A DNA stretch of 64,000 nt from the human T2T-CHM13v2.0 reference genome, Homo sapiens. The stretch lies in the NCBI RefSeq assembly GCF_009914755.1, contig NC_060929.1; one strand, written 5' to 3'. How positions within the stretch are numbered: the stretch's first letter is position 1; the number at the start of each line of letters is the position of its first letter. A model generated the notes under the pieces. It made no database searches, was not told the origin of the DNA, and was given only the letters and a program-made list of their open reading frames with translations. This document shows positions 1 through 25,009 of this stretch, piece after piece. Both the position numbers and the translations under genes were made by a program.

Positions 1-330
1 GTGCTCTCTGAAACATGTGCTGTGTCCACTCAGGGTTAAATGGATTAAGGGCGGTGCAAGATGTGCTTTGTTAAACAGATGCTTGAAGGCAGCATGCTCC
101 TTAAGAGTCATCACCACTCCCTAATCTCAAGTACCCAGGGACACAAACACTGCGGAAGGCCGCAGGGTCCTCTGCCTAGGAAAACCAGAGACCTTTGTTC
201 ACTTGTTTATCTGCTGACCTTCCCTCCACTATTGTCCTATGACCCTGCCAAATCCCCCTCTGCGAGAAACACCCAAGAATGATCAATAAAAAAAAATAAA
301 AAAATAAAAATAAAAAATAAAAAAAAAAAA
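1..330 (+). mobile_element. SVA retrotransposon, 3' end (SINE-R, HERV-K LTR-derived) with poly(A) tail
   Basis: Typical SINE-R end (...ccctgccaaatccccctctgcgagaaacacccaagaatgatcAATAAA, signal at 285-290) and A-rich tail to 330. The 5' part lies outside the window. Confidence 0.93.
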
Positions 331-550
331 GAAACTATCCAATCCTCAGCCTGCTCGGCTGCTTACTCTGTTTCACCCATGCCTTCTGTGAAAACAACAG
401 TAAAGGTTTTGCCCAGGCTTTTTCCTCATTCTGCTGCTTCCTGATTGACCTCGTTCTTCCCTGTGTGGCCCCTCATGGTGTGACATGCCCCGTTCTCTTG
501 GAAACTGTAATAAACTTTTCTTTTAAAGGAAAAAAAAAAAAAAAAAAAAA

Positions 551-551
<1 letters not shown>
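331..551 (+). other. Probable SVA 3'-transduced segment (~200 bp, old ERVL/LTR47-like sequence) with its own poly(A)
   Basis: Lies between the SVA tail and a second AATAAA (509-514) followed by a pure A run (530-551) that abuts ACTB coding sequence. Confidence 0.7.
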
Positions 552-1190
<639 letters not shown>

Positions 1191-1341
1191 AACAGCATCT
1201 TTTCATGTCCTTATTTGTCATTCATATATCTCCTCTGTTGAAGTGTTCTATTCAGATATTTTGTCCATTTAAAAAATTGAGTTCTTTTCCTATTGTTGCA
1301 TTTGAAGAATTCTTTATATATTGGATATATGTCCCTTATCA

Positions 1342-2785
<1,444 letters not shown>

Positions 2786-3466
2786 ATCATATATACCAAA
2801 ATCTACTGCAGAAGATTTTATAGGCAGATTTTATAAGTAATTTGCAATTTTTTCTTCCAGTCTGTGGCTTGTCATTTTGTTCACAATGTCTTTCACAAGT
2901 GAAAGTTTTTAATTTCTAGAACGTCCAATTTATTAAATCTTTCTTTCATAGATTATGCTTTTGGCATTGTATCTAAAAAGTCATTGCCAAATCAGGAGTC
3001 ACAAAGACTTTCTCCTGTGTTTTCTTCTAGCCGTTTACAGCTTTGTATTTCATATTTAATTTTTTTTTTTTTTTTTGAGACAGGGTCTCTCTCTGTCACA
3101 CAGGTTGGAGTGCAGTGGCACGATCTCTGCTCATTGCAACCTCCGCCCCCCTGGGCTCAAGCGATCTTCCCACCATAGCCTCCCAAGTAGCTGGGAGTTG
3201 CCATGTTGCCCAGGCTGGTCTCGAACTCCTGAGCTCAAGCAACCCGCCCACCTCAAGCTCCTGAAGTGTTGAAATTACAGGCGTGAGCCACCGTGCCCGG
3301 CCTGTATTTCATATTTAAATCTATGATTCATTTAAAGTTAATTTTCGTCTAAGGTGTGAGATATGTGTCAAAGTTTATTGTTTTTGCATATAGATGTCCA
3401 ATTTGTTCATCACCATTTGCTGAAAAAGACTATTTCTTCATTGAATTGCCTTTCTATCTTTGATAA

Positions 3467-3721
<255 letters not shown>

Positions 3722-4196
3722 TAGTAGAGATGGGGTTTCACCATGTTGGCCAGGCTGGTCTCAAACTCCTGACCTCAGGTGATCCACCCTCCTTGGGCTC
3801 CCAAAGTGCTGGGATTACAGGCGTGAGCCATTGTGCCTGACTTTATGTGTCTATCCTTTCACACTGCCTTGATCACTGTCAGTGAATATGAGCCTTCCTA
3901 CTTCATTCTCCTTTTCCAAGATTGCTTTGGTTATTCTAGATCCCTTGAATTTCCATATGAATTTTAGGATCAGCTTGTCGATTTCTTCCCCCCACAGTCC
4001 CCAACTGGCTTGCTTTTCATTGTCTTAACCTTCAAGCTTTTACTTAAGTGTAATCAACCAGGTGAGGGTGGTAGGAGGTATTTCTCAACACTTCTCATGT
4101 ATACTCAAATTTTGGGTTCTTGTTTGGAGTAAAACAGGCTCTTCACTGTTTACAAGGTTATTTCTGATCTGCGAAACTTCTCTGTCCATATTTTTC

Positions 4197-4330
4197 CTCT
4201 GTTTTCCTCTATTCAGTCTTGGCTACCACAATAAGACAGACAGAAAGGACAATGACACCTTTTTCTTGCATCTGTAGTGAGAACCTTAGCAGCACCCAGT
4301 AATTGCACTAGGTCTGTCAAACAGATGTAT
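4197..4330 (-). ncRNA. H/ACA box snoRNA-like retrocopy (SNORA31-family-like), 134 nt
   Basis: Minus strand shows a hairpin closed by catctgt/acagatg, H box AGAAAA (4266-4261), a second arm, and ACA (4202-4200) 3 nt from the end. It is the 5' part of a 346-bp insert with TSD agcttgtc(g/a)attt at 3972-3984 and 4331-4343. Family name recalled. Confidence 0.7.
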
Positions 4331-4545
4331 AGCTTGTCAATTTTGGCAAGAGGCAGCTGGGATTTTGAAAGGGATTATGTTGAATCAGTGAATCAATTTA
4401 GGAAATATTGCTATCTTAACAATATTAAGTCTCCAAATCCATGAAAGTGAGATATTTTTCCATTTATTTGAAGTTTTAATATCGTTCAACACTGTTTTAG
4501 AGTTTTCAGAAGTATTGCACTTCTTTTGTTACATTTATTTCTATG

Positions 4546-5175
<630 letters not shown>

Positions 5176-5335
5176 GAGGCAGGAGACTTGGACTCTGATC
5201 CCAACTCTCATCATAACTAGCTGTAACGTTGGGCAAGTCTCTTAGAAAAAAGAAAAAAGACTTTGGATGAGAATATCACTAAGGTTCCACTTTATAGAGT
5301 TCAGGTATTATGCCACCTAAAAAAGTAACATTTGT

Positions 5336-5649
5336 GGCCGGGCGCGGTGGCTCACGCCTGTAATCCCAGCACTTTGGGAGGCTGAGGCGGGTTGATCACG
5401 AGGTCAGGAGATCGAGACCATCCTGGCTAACATTGTGAAACCCCGTCTCTACTAAAAAAAAAAAATACAAAAAATTAGCCGGGCGTGGTGGCGGGTGCCT
5501 GTAGTCCCAGCTACTCCGGAGGCTTAGACAGGAGAATGGCATGAACCCGGGAGGCGGAGCTTGCAGTGAGCCGAGATCGCGCCACTGCGCTCCAGCCTGG
5601 GCGACAGAGTGAGACTCCTCCGTCTCAAAAAAAAAAAAAACAAACAAAC
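5336..5649 (+). mobile_element. AluY, full length
   Basis: AluY diagnostics and many CpGs. Perfect 16-bp TSD aaaaagtaacatttgt at 5320-5335 and 5650-5665. Confidence 0.95.
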
Positions 5650-5758
5650 AAAAAGTAACATTTGTAGAGTAATTTTTAAAGCTCATAGCACCACCTGGTG
5701 GTTACAGAAAAGGACACGCTCCGGAAAGGAGATTCTGTATGTTTTGATTTTTGAATAA

Positions 5759-6195
<437 letters not shown>

Positions 6196-6913
6196 ATGAG
6201 AAATGACTCTGTCAGAGGCACCAACAGATGCCTACCACATTGGGCATAAAACACAATAATAACAGTTTATATCTATTTGTGTTTGTCTTATTTCTAATCA
6301 TTATTAGATTGAGGTGATGCAATTTTGGTAAAAATGCCACAGAAGTGGTAAGTTCTTCTTAGTGTATCATTTTGAAGCAGCATCGTCTGTGGTAAACACC
6401 TGGGGTTCGTCATCTTGCGCCAAGAAAATTAAGGACAGGGACATGTGGGTGGGTTAAGGAGTGTAAAGTTTAATAGGTAGAAGAAAGGAAAGAGGAGAGC
6501 AGCTCCTTGGGTGACAGAGGCTGGAAAACAGAGAATAGCAGCTGACTGCCGCAGATTTTATAGGCAGGCTTGAGAAGGCGGCAGCGTGTGATTTACCCGG
6601 GCTCACATATTGGTTTGACCAGGTGTGACACTTACATAGAGGCCGGGGAAAGCTGGTCGCCCCACCCTAATCTTGTTATGCAAATGAGCTTTCCACTGGG
6701 CTGGCGCCATCTTGTCTGTTCCTTATGGTACACGTGGCTGGCAAAAAGAGAAGACAGAGCCACCATTTTGAACATTCCTAGTCCTAGGTCATATATTCCT
6801 ATGGGCACAACTGCTGGCATTCACCCGTGCAAGCTTCCAGCTTGCTGCTGTCTGCAGCTCGATTTTACAGGCTGCTCTTTGTTAGAAAGGGAAATGATTT
6901 GGGGGCTGCTTTT

Positions 6914-8512
6914 TTTTTTTTCTTAAGACGGAGTCTTGCTCTGTCACACCCAAGCTGGAGTGCAGTGGTGGGAATCTCAGCTCTCTGCAACCTCTGCCTC
7001 CTGGCTTCAAGCGATTCTCCTGCCTCAGCCTCCTGCGTAGCTGGGATTACAGGCGCCTGCTATCACGCCCGGCTAATTTTTTGTATTTTTAGTAGAGACA
7101 GGGTTTCACCATGTTGGTCAGGCTGGTCTCAAACTCCTAACCTCAGGTGATCCACCCACCTCGGCTTCCCAAAGTGCTGGTGTGTCCGAAATTGGTGGGT
7201 TCTTAGTCTCGCTGACTTCAATAATGAAACCACGGACCCTCGCGGTGAGTGTTACAGTTCTTAAAGATGGTGTGTCCGGAGTTTTTCCTTCTGATGTTCG
7301 GACGTGTTCAGAGTTTCTTCCTTCTGGTGGGTTTGTGGTCTCACTGGTTTCAGGAGTGAAGCTGCAGATCTTCACGGTGAGTGATACAGCTCATAAAGGC
7401 AGCAGCAAGATTTATTGCAAAGAGCGAAAGAACAAAGCTTCCGCAACGCGGAAGGGGACCTGAGTGGGTTGCCACTACTGGCTAGGGCAGCCTGCTTTTA
7501 TTCCCTTATCTGGCCCCACCCACATCCTGCTGATTGGTCCATTTTACAGAGAGCTGATTGGTCTGTTTTGACAGGGTGCTGATTGGTGCATTTACAATCC
7601 TTTAGCTAGACGCAAAAGTTCTCCAAGTCCCCACTAGATTAGCTGGGCACAGAGCACTGATTGGTGCGTTTACAAACCTTGGGCTAGACACAGGGTGCTG
7701 ATTGGTGCGTTTACAATCCTCCAGCTAGACATAAAAGTTCTCCAAGTCCCCACCAGATTAGCTAGATACAGAGTGCTGATTGGTGCATCCGCGAACCCCG
7801 AGCTAGACGCAGAGTGCTGATTGGTGCATATAGAATCCTCTGGCTAAACATAAAAGTTCTCCAAGTCCCCACCTGACTCAGGAGCCCAGCTGGCTTCGCC
7901 TAGTGGATCCCGTGCCAGGGCCATGGGCTGAGCTGCCCACCAGTCCCGCACCAGGCGCCTGCACTCCTCAGCCCTTGGGCGGTAGATAGGACCGGGTACC
8001 GCAGAACAGGGCACGGTGCCCGTTGGGGAGGCTCGGCCGCGTGGGAGCCCACCACGGGAGGCTCAGGCATGGTGGGCTGCAGGTCCCGAGCCCTGCCCCG
8101 GGCGGGAGGCCGCTGAGGCCTGGCGAGAATTCGAGCGCAGCACGGGTGCGCTGGCAGTGCTGGGGGACCTGGCTCACTCTCTGCAGCTGCTGGCCTGGGT
8201 GCTAAGCCCCTCACTGCTGGGGGCTGGCGGTGCTGGCTGGCCGCTCCAAGTGTGGGGCCACTGAGCCCGTGCCCACCCGGAACTCGTGCAGCCCTGCTTC
8301 CCACTGGCGCCTCTCCCTCCACACCTCTCTGCAAGCAAAGGGAGCCAACCAGCCCAGAGAGGGGCTCCCACAGTGTGGTGGCAGGCTGAAGGGCTCCTCA
8401 AGCACGGCCAGAGTGGGCGCCAAGGCTGAGAAGGCCCTGAGAGTGAGTGAGGGATGCCAGCATGTTGTCACCTCTCACTGGGATTACAGGCATGAGCCAC
8501 CGTGCCCGGCCC
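6914..8512 (-). mobile_element. AluS split by LTR12 (pieces 6914-7180 and 8478-8512)
   Basis: Alu reads through aaagtgctgg|...|ctgggattacagg. TSD ggggctgctttt at 6902-6913 and 8514-8525. Confidence 0.9.
7181..8477 (-). mobile_element. LTR12 (ERV9) solo LTR, 1297 bp
   Basis: Minus strand starts TGAGAGGTGACA. GC-rich U3, tandem ctgattggt (CCAAT/NF-Y) units at ~7530-7825, and 4-bp TSD CTGG at 7177-7180 and 8478-8481. Confidence 0.93.
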
Positions 8513-8971
8513 TGGGGCTGCTTTTCATTAAAAGGGAAACCTTACCCAGGATTTCTGTATCCTATCTGCCTAAGTAATTTCTTTTTAAACTCCTATATCA
8601 ATACAAAAGGGTACATTATGTCAATATGTCTAATTTCTGGTTATGTTAGCTTTGATCATTAAGACAGCTATCTACTGGGTTTATCCACTATGAAGTTACT
8701 ATCTTTTCGTTTGTATTTAACAAACATCTTGTTAATTACTTTGAGACTATGGGGAGATATTTTGAGACTATGCAAATATCCTGTTTCTGTCTCCTAATTT
8801 TAGTACTCATAGGTGGATCTTGCCTGTAACAATTATTACAGTGGTGTTCTAAGGATGGTTTCTGTTTTCCTCATTCCTTTCCTATATATTAATGGGAATT
8901 ATTTGGTAAAGAAGTGTCTCTTTTCCTGTATTTAGTTATTTACTCATTCAACAACCTATGGTTTCATAGAA

Positions 8972-9892
<921 letters not shown>

Positions 9893-10456
9893 GTTTAATA
9901 GGTTTTTTTTTTTAAAACCAAAGAAGAATAACTGATTGGTTGTGACCATTCAAGGGTTAGAGTCTTGATGTTTACAAGGATTCTATGCAAGGTGTAATTT
10001 TCATCATCATTATTTGTATGATGTTTTTAGATGTAGTAGTGCATTTGTAGGTAGTCATTCTAAAGGGAAAATGGTCTGAAAATTGAAATTCTACAAAATA
10101 ACTGAGGAGTACTCTTCAGAAGTGTCATGAAAAATAGGAAAAGATTGAGACCTGTCACTGAGGAAACTAGACATGACTAAATGCAGTGTGGGATCCTAGA
10201 ACAGAAAAAGAACATTAGAGAGGAAACTGGTGAAACCCCAGTAAAATCTGTAGTTTATTTAGTAGCATCGTGCTGAAGTTAGTTTTGATAATTGTACTAT
10301 AATTACATAAGAAGTTAAACTTAGGCGATATTGGGTGAAGGATACATGGGAACTCTCTGTACTATTTTTTCAGCTTTTCTCTAAATCTAAAATTTTTCAA
10401 AATAAAAGGTTAAAAAATGATTCCCACATAAAAAAGGATTATCTCTGAGTTAATAA

Positions 10457-10866
<410 letters not shown>

Positions 10867-11153
10867 TAATTTGGATAGAAAGCAGAGGTTTGTGCTATTA
10901 TTCTGTTGTAGGCACAATGTGGTAGGCATCTGTTGGTTTTGCCAGACAGACACTCATTCCCCTATTTTCCTTTTGTGTGTGTGTGTGCATGAGATGGAGT
11001 CTTATTCTGTTGCCCAGGCTGGAGTGCAGTGGCATGATCTTGGCTCACTGCAACATCCACCTCTCAGGTTCAAGCGATTCTCCTGCCCACAGCCTCCCGA
11101 GTAGCTGGGATTACAGGTGCCCACCATCATGCTCGGCTAATTTTTGTATTTTT

Positions 11154-13032
<1,879 letters not shown>

Positions 13033-13585
13033 TGAACTCCTGACCTCAGTTGATCTGTGGCCTCAGCCTCCCCAAATGCTGGGATTACAGGTGTGAACCA
13101 ACATGCCCGACCACATTCCCCTGTTTTCTAATAACTGCCCCCCATCATGCCACTTCATTCCTGGTCCAGTTCTTGGGCTGACCCACCCCAAAACTCCATG
13201 AGAACATGACCCACCAGGGCCAATCAGTGCCTTCCTTGGCACTTTTGCTAGAACTATAGTGAAAGATAAATTTGTTTTCCTCTGGGATTGTTCAATTTCT
13301 AGGATATAAACCTGGAGCTACCTGATACCACCATGTGGAGAAAGAATCCTAAGAATGAAGGCACAGAGAGAGACAACTCAGAAATGGTGAGGTCCAGCCC
13401 TAATTGTATAACCTCAGCCCCTGAAACTAGGTATGTCAGAAACCATAGGTTTCTTGTTTAACTTAACCATGTTAAGCATGAGTCATTGATACTCTCAACC
13501 TTCCACCCTTTCTGCCTCAGTTTATTTGGCTTAAGCCAGTTGGAGTTTAGTCTCTGTCACTTGGTACCAAAAGAGTCATGAATGA

Positions 13586-13985
<400 letters not shown>

Positions 13986-14029
13986 AAAAGAATAATGAAT
14001 GAAACATTCTATATTTTATTCTTTTAATT

Positions 14030-17175
<3,146 letters not shown>

Positions 17176-17693
17176 CAAACACTTTAGAAATATAACTGTG
17201 TCATTTTAACAAGTTACTGTGTAGAGTGTGGAAATCTTAGGGGATCAATAAAAGAGCCAAAAAAAAATCCCCAAATAAGTTACTGTGAAAAGTAATAGTC
17301 AAAGTTTTCTATCACCTGATGTAAATGATTTGTGAGTAAGCTTGCCAAGCCTGTCTTAAAGGATGCCTATATTCAAAGCCAAGAAAAGTCCCAGTTTGTA
17401 ATTGTGTTGCTATTATAACCATTCAGATAGTCCCTTCTTGGAGCAGTAGAATATTTTTGAATGGAGGGACTCCTGACATTACTTTCCTAAAATCACAAAA
17501 GGCTGTCACTCTCAGGGTTTTGTTTTGTGTGGATAACTTTCTCTTACAGTCACATCTCTCCTAGAATGGGAGCAATAGAGCCTCTAGGTGCTATGAAAGG
17601 ATGGGGACCTCACCAGAGAGGACTGGTCTCAGCAATGTCCTTAAGTGGTCAAAACATGCTGCGGTTGAGGTCAGGATTGTGAGGGGATAGAGG

Positions 17694-17701
17694 TGACGTA
17701 G
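17694..17701 (+). promoter_or_regulatory. CRE-like site (TGACGTAG) ~490 bp upstream of the SPZ1 ATG
   Basis: TGACG half-site with retained CpG in a CpG-poor region. CREM-tau drives many spermatid genes. Function not shown. Confidence 0.3.
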
Positions 17702-18183
17702 AGAAGTAACTGAGTGCATTTAGACTGAGATGAATAGTAACCTAGAAATTAAGGAGGGGAAGAGCTATTGTAGAGCTCTTTCTGGCATGAGGAGTAGGGA
17801 TAGCTCAAGGTTGGTTTTGATGCAGGAGTCACTGGGCAGGAATTTAAGAGGCTTCCATTGTGACACAAAGGAGACAGACACTATGGATAGGCCACAATGG
17901 TGCAGTGACAAAATAAAGACCTGGTTGCTAGGGCCAGAGAATAAACACCGGGTGCCTAGAGGAGAAGAGATGGAGCCCCAGCCTTGGTCCCCTTTCCCAC
18001 CCTTCCTCCCCACAAGGCTGTCTGAGATGCCACCTTCCACCTAAACATCATCTCCCAAATTTTAATCCTTAACTTTGGTCTCTGACTTCTGCTTGATTCC
18101 ACAGTCTCCACCCACATTTGCACAAAGGACCATCACCTGTCCTTCCTGGAATCTCTAAAGTTTTCTGCTTTCCTTCTGTCCTG

Positions 18184-19476
18184 ATGGCCAGCTCTGCTAA
18201 GTCAGCTGAGATGCCCACCATCTCCAAAACCCTTAACCCTACTCCTGATCCTCATCAAGAATATCTGGACCCTAGGATTACCATTGCCTTATTCGAAATT
18301 GGATCACATTCCCCTTCCTCCTGGGGCTCTCTCCCTTTCCTAAAGAATAGCAGCCATCAAGTTACAGAACAACAGACTGCACAGAAGTTTAACAATCTCT
18401 TAAAAGAAATTAAAGATATTCTTAAAAATATGGCAGGTTTTGAAGAGAAGATCACAGAAGCAAAAGAACTTTTTGAGGAAACCAATATTACTGAGGATGT
18501 GTCAGCCCACAAAGAAAATATCAGAGGACTTGACAAAATCAATGAAATGTTATCAACAAACCTGCCTGTTAGTTTAGCCCCAGAGAAAGAAGACAATGAA
18601 AAGAAACAGGAGATGATATTGGAAACCAATATTACTGAGGATGTGTCAGCCCACAAAGAAAATATCAGAGGACTTGACAAAATCAATGAAATGTTATCAA
18701 CAAACCTGCCTGTTAGTTTAGCCCCAGAGAAAGAAGACAATGAAAAGAAACAGCAGATGATAATGGAAAACCAGAACTCTGAGAACACCGCACAAGTTTT
18801 TGCAAGAGATTTGGTAAATCGTTTAGAAGAAAAAAAAGTCCTTAACGAAACTCAACAAAGTCAGGAAAAAGCAAAAAACAGACTTAATGTTCAAGAAGAA
18901 ACTATGAAAATTAGGAACAACATGGAGCAGTTACTACAGGAAGCAGAACACTGGAGTAAACAACATACTGAGCTCAGTAAACTGATAAAATCCTATCAGA
19001 AATCTCAGAAAGACATAAGTGAAACTCTTGGAAATAATGGAGTCGGTTTCCAAACCCAGCCAAATAATGAAGTGTCGGCTAAGCATGAGCTGGAGGAACA
19101 GGTGAAGAAACTGAGCCATGACACCTATTCATTGCAGTTGATGGCAGCTTTGCTAGAGAATGAATGCCAAATCTTACAGCAGAGAGTAGAGATTCTCAAG
19201 GAACTCCATCATCAGAAACAGGGAACTCTGCAAGAGAAGCCAATTCAGATAAACTATAAACAGGACAAGAAAAATCAGAAGCCATCAGAAGCAAAGAAAG
19301 TAGAAATGTATAAGCAGAACAAGCAAGCAATGAAGGGTACATTTTGGAAAAAAGACAGATCCTGTAGAAGCCTGGATGTTTGTCTTAATAAGAAAGCTTG
19401 CAATACCCAGTTCAATATTCATGTTGCAAGAAAAGCTCTTAGGGGAAAAATGAGGTCAGCTAGCAGCCTAAGATAG
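18184..19476 (+). CDS. SPZ1: Spermatogenic leucine zipper protein 1, 430 aa, intronless CDS
   Basis: Uninterrupted ORF MASSAKSAEMPTISKT...KMRSASSLR from the first ATG at 18184 (the track's 18118 start is TTG). Leucine heptads LEEQVKKLSHDTYSLQLMAALLENECQILQQRVEIL. Protein recognised. Confidence 0.95.
   Translation: MASSAKSAEMPTISKTLNPTPDPHQEYLDPRITIALFEIGSHSPSSWGSLPFLKNSSHQVTEQQTAQKFNNLLKEIKDILKNMAGFEEKITEAKELFEETNITEDVSAHKENIRGLDKINEMLSTNLPVSLAPEKEDNEKKQEMILETNITEDVSAHKENIRGLDKINEMLSTNLPVSLAPEKEDNEKKQQMIMENQNSENTAQVFARDLVNRLEEKKVLNETQQSQEKAKNRLNVQEETMKIRNNMEQLLQEAEHWSKQHTELSKLIKSYQKSQKDISETLGNNGVGFQTQPNNEVSAKHELEEQVKKLSHDTYSLQLMAALLENECQILQQRVEILKELHHQKQGTLQEKPIQINYKQDKKNQKPSEAKKVEMYKQNKQAMKGTFWKKDRSCRSLDVCLNKKACNTQFNIHVARKALRGKMRSASSLR
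18477..18764 (+). repeat. In-frame tandem duplication, 2 x 144 bp (48 aa), inside SPZ1
   Basis: Units 18477-18620 and 18621-18764 differ at only 2 positions. Confidence 0.97.
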
Positions 19477-19785
19477 AAAATACCAAAAGCAGATGAAAAG
19501 GTGAATCCTTAAAAAACTACATCTGTTACCTCCAACTTGTCAGTCATGATCAATCATCAAACCTTGGGCAGATCTGCTGGTTCAACCAAGAAAGAGCTAT
19601 AGAATAAGGAGATTGACACTTATATTACTCATTACTTCAGCAGTTATGTAAGTCTGGTCTTTAATGACCATTGTGTCTACATCAAGTTCATAACTTTTCA
19701 CCTTTACAATCTGCTTGTTTTTTTTGTAATTATTAGATAGACAGCCTAGAGTGAGAAGTTAAAGGTCCAATTAAGTTAAGATCTA

Positions 19786-19791
19786 AATAAA
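19786..19791 (+). terminator. Probable SPZ1 polyadenylation signal
   Basis: AATAAA 310 bp after the stop codon, followed by a T-rich tract. Confidence 0.65.
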
Positions 19792-20203
19792 AACCAGAAT
19801 ACAAGGGAAATTTTTTTTTCTTTATTTAATCATTGCCTGGGGGCAGGGGGAGTTCTGGGGGGAAAAAGTATATAGTGTTTTTGGCCAGGTGCAGTGGCAT
19901 TTTGGGAGGCCAAGGTGGGAGGATCGCTCGAGGCCAGGAGTTTGAGACAAACCTGAGCAACACAGCAAGATCCCATCTCTAAAAAAAAAATTAAGTGAAA
20001 AAAAAGTACATAATGCTTTAGTTGTGACCTTTTAAAGCTCCCTTTCTAAATGTATGTTTCCTTTTCCTATTATACACTGAAGTGTGGGATGTGGGGGAAT
20101 TTAAAAAATGCTGATAATCCAACCCTAACAAATCATTTTTCTCTTATAAATCTGCACTGGCTCTACTTTTCCTAAGGTGCCTCCCTTGCTCCTCTGCTAG
20201 TGA

Positions 20204-20536
<333 letters not shown>

Positions 20537-20749
20537 TAGTAGAGATGGGGTTTCACCATGTTGGCCAGGCTGATCTCAAACTCGTGACCTCAGGTGATCC
20601 ACCTGCCTTGGTCTCCCAAGGTGCTGGGATTATAGGCGTGAACCACCGTGCCGGCCTAGATTTTATTTTTGCTGGAAAAGTTTCTCCCATTCCTCCAGAT
20701 ATAGACGGTAGTGTTACCCAGGGGGAAAAAACAGTATCTTCTGTTAAGG

Positions 20750-23842
<3,093 letters not shown>

Positions 23843-25009
23843 TTATATCATGAATAAAAGCCTTCCAAAGTCCTTTTAATTTCTTGTCTTTCGCATTTAT
23901 TTCTTTAATTTATCTTGAATTGATCCAGAAAAAATTCATCATAGTATTTAGGTTGATTGTCTATAAGTTGTACAATGGGTGTTTTCAAGTCCTTTTTGCT
24001 TGTCTATGCTTTGAGCCCTTTCTAACCTTTCCAATAAGAAAGTATGAGGCACTTTATATATATATAAAGTAAGGGTGAAATAATGGAAGAAGCATTTCAC
24101 AAACAGGGAGATAATCTAAGTCTCAACTTGTTTCAGTCTGAGTTGCTTCATTTAAAAGGTGGTGACAATAATTTTCTTTTGGACCATGGACAAATGGTTC
24201 AAAGATTCTCTGGCTCCCTCAGCTGAGGTCTTATTGCTCTCTGGGAAGTAGGAATAGATTAAATGGGAGAATTAGAAACTAATCAGAAGCAAGCCTGGCT
24301 AAAAAGGAAGGGAACAATAGCAAAAACCCCAGGCACACAGGATATCTGGAAGTTGGGGTCATTGGTATGTTGCAAGTAAAAAGAAAGATAAGTATTACAT
24401 TAAAAAGACAGCTATCCTAGATTAGTGTGAGGCAGAGGAGTGGATTTATCATCATTATCACATCAATATTATTATTTTTATAAAGTTATTCTACAAACTT
24501 GATTGATATAGAAAATCATTTAAATTTTTCTTACCTTAATAAAGGCCTCAGGCAGATCATCATTGGAGTGTCACAGCCAGTTGAGTGTTTTTCTTTTCTA
24601 GCAATCACACAGTCTTCCAGCAGAAACCACTGACCACTAATCCATATTTAATTAAATTTTCTCTCACAGGGAAGCATACATTGCTTTGGTTTGCACTGGT
24701 CTGTTAGGAAGCCTCAGTTTATGAGGAATTAGATACTGATATGTACATTTTGCTTTGATTTTAAATATTAAATGGTTTTTCTTATTTAAAAGAAAGTACT
24801 GTTCAATGGTCCTCAGATTTTTCTAGGGAAAGACCTTATTTTGTTTATTTGTCTCTTCTCCCTTTTTCTTGATGTATCCTATTAATCTTTAACAAAACCC
24901 AGATTTTGGCTTCGTTAATCTTCATTATTTTTAGTATTTCATTTCAATGATTTCTGGCGCCTTCTTGATTTTCCTTTTTTAAAGTTGTTTTGTTGCATTT
25001 TTTCAATTT

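Larger units (their letters stand above)
6373..8600 (-). mobile_element. MER61-like ERV1 solo LTR inserted in L1MC, split by an Alu and LTR12
   Basis: TG...CA termini (tgaagcagc... / ...ctcctatatca). LTR sequence resumes at 8514 after the Alu. Subfamily recalled. Confidence 0.65.

Noticed and set aside
61-282. 73-aa ORF at the window start
   Set aside because: Lies within the SVA SINE-R region.
7530-7870. Regularly spaced repeats resembling an array
   Set aside because: Normal LTR12 U3 tandem units. Not CRISPR, and this is eukaryotic DNA.
18118-18183. 22-codon N-terminal extension of SPZ1 in the ORF track
   Set aside because: Starts at TTG. The first ATG at 18184 gives the recognised 430-aa protein.
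18357-18788. 143-aa antisense ORF with an internal repeat
   Set aside because: Shadow of the SPZ1 144-bp duplication.
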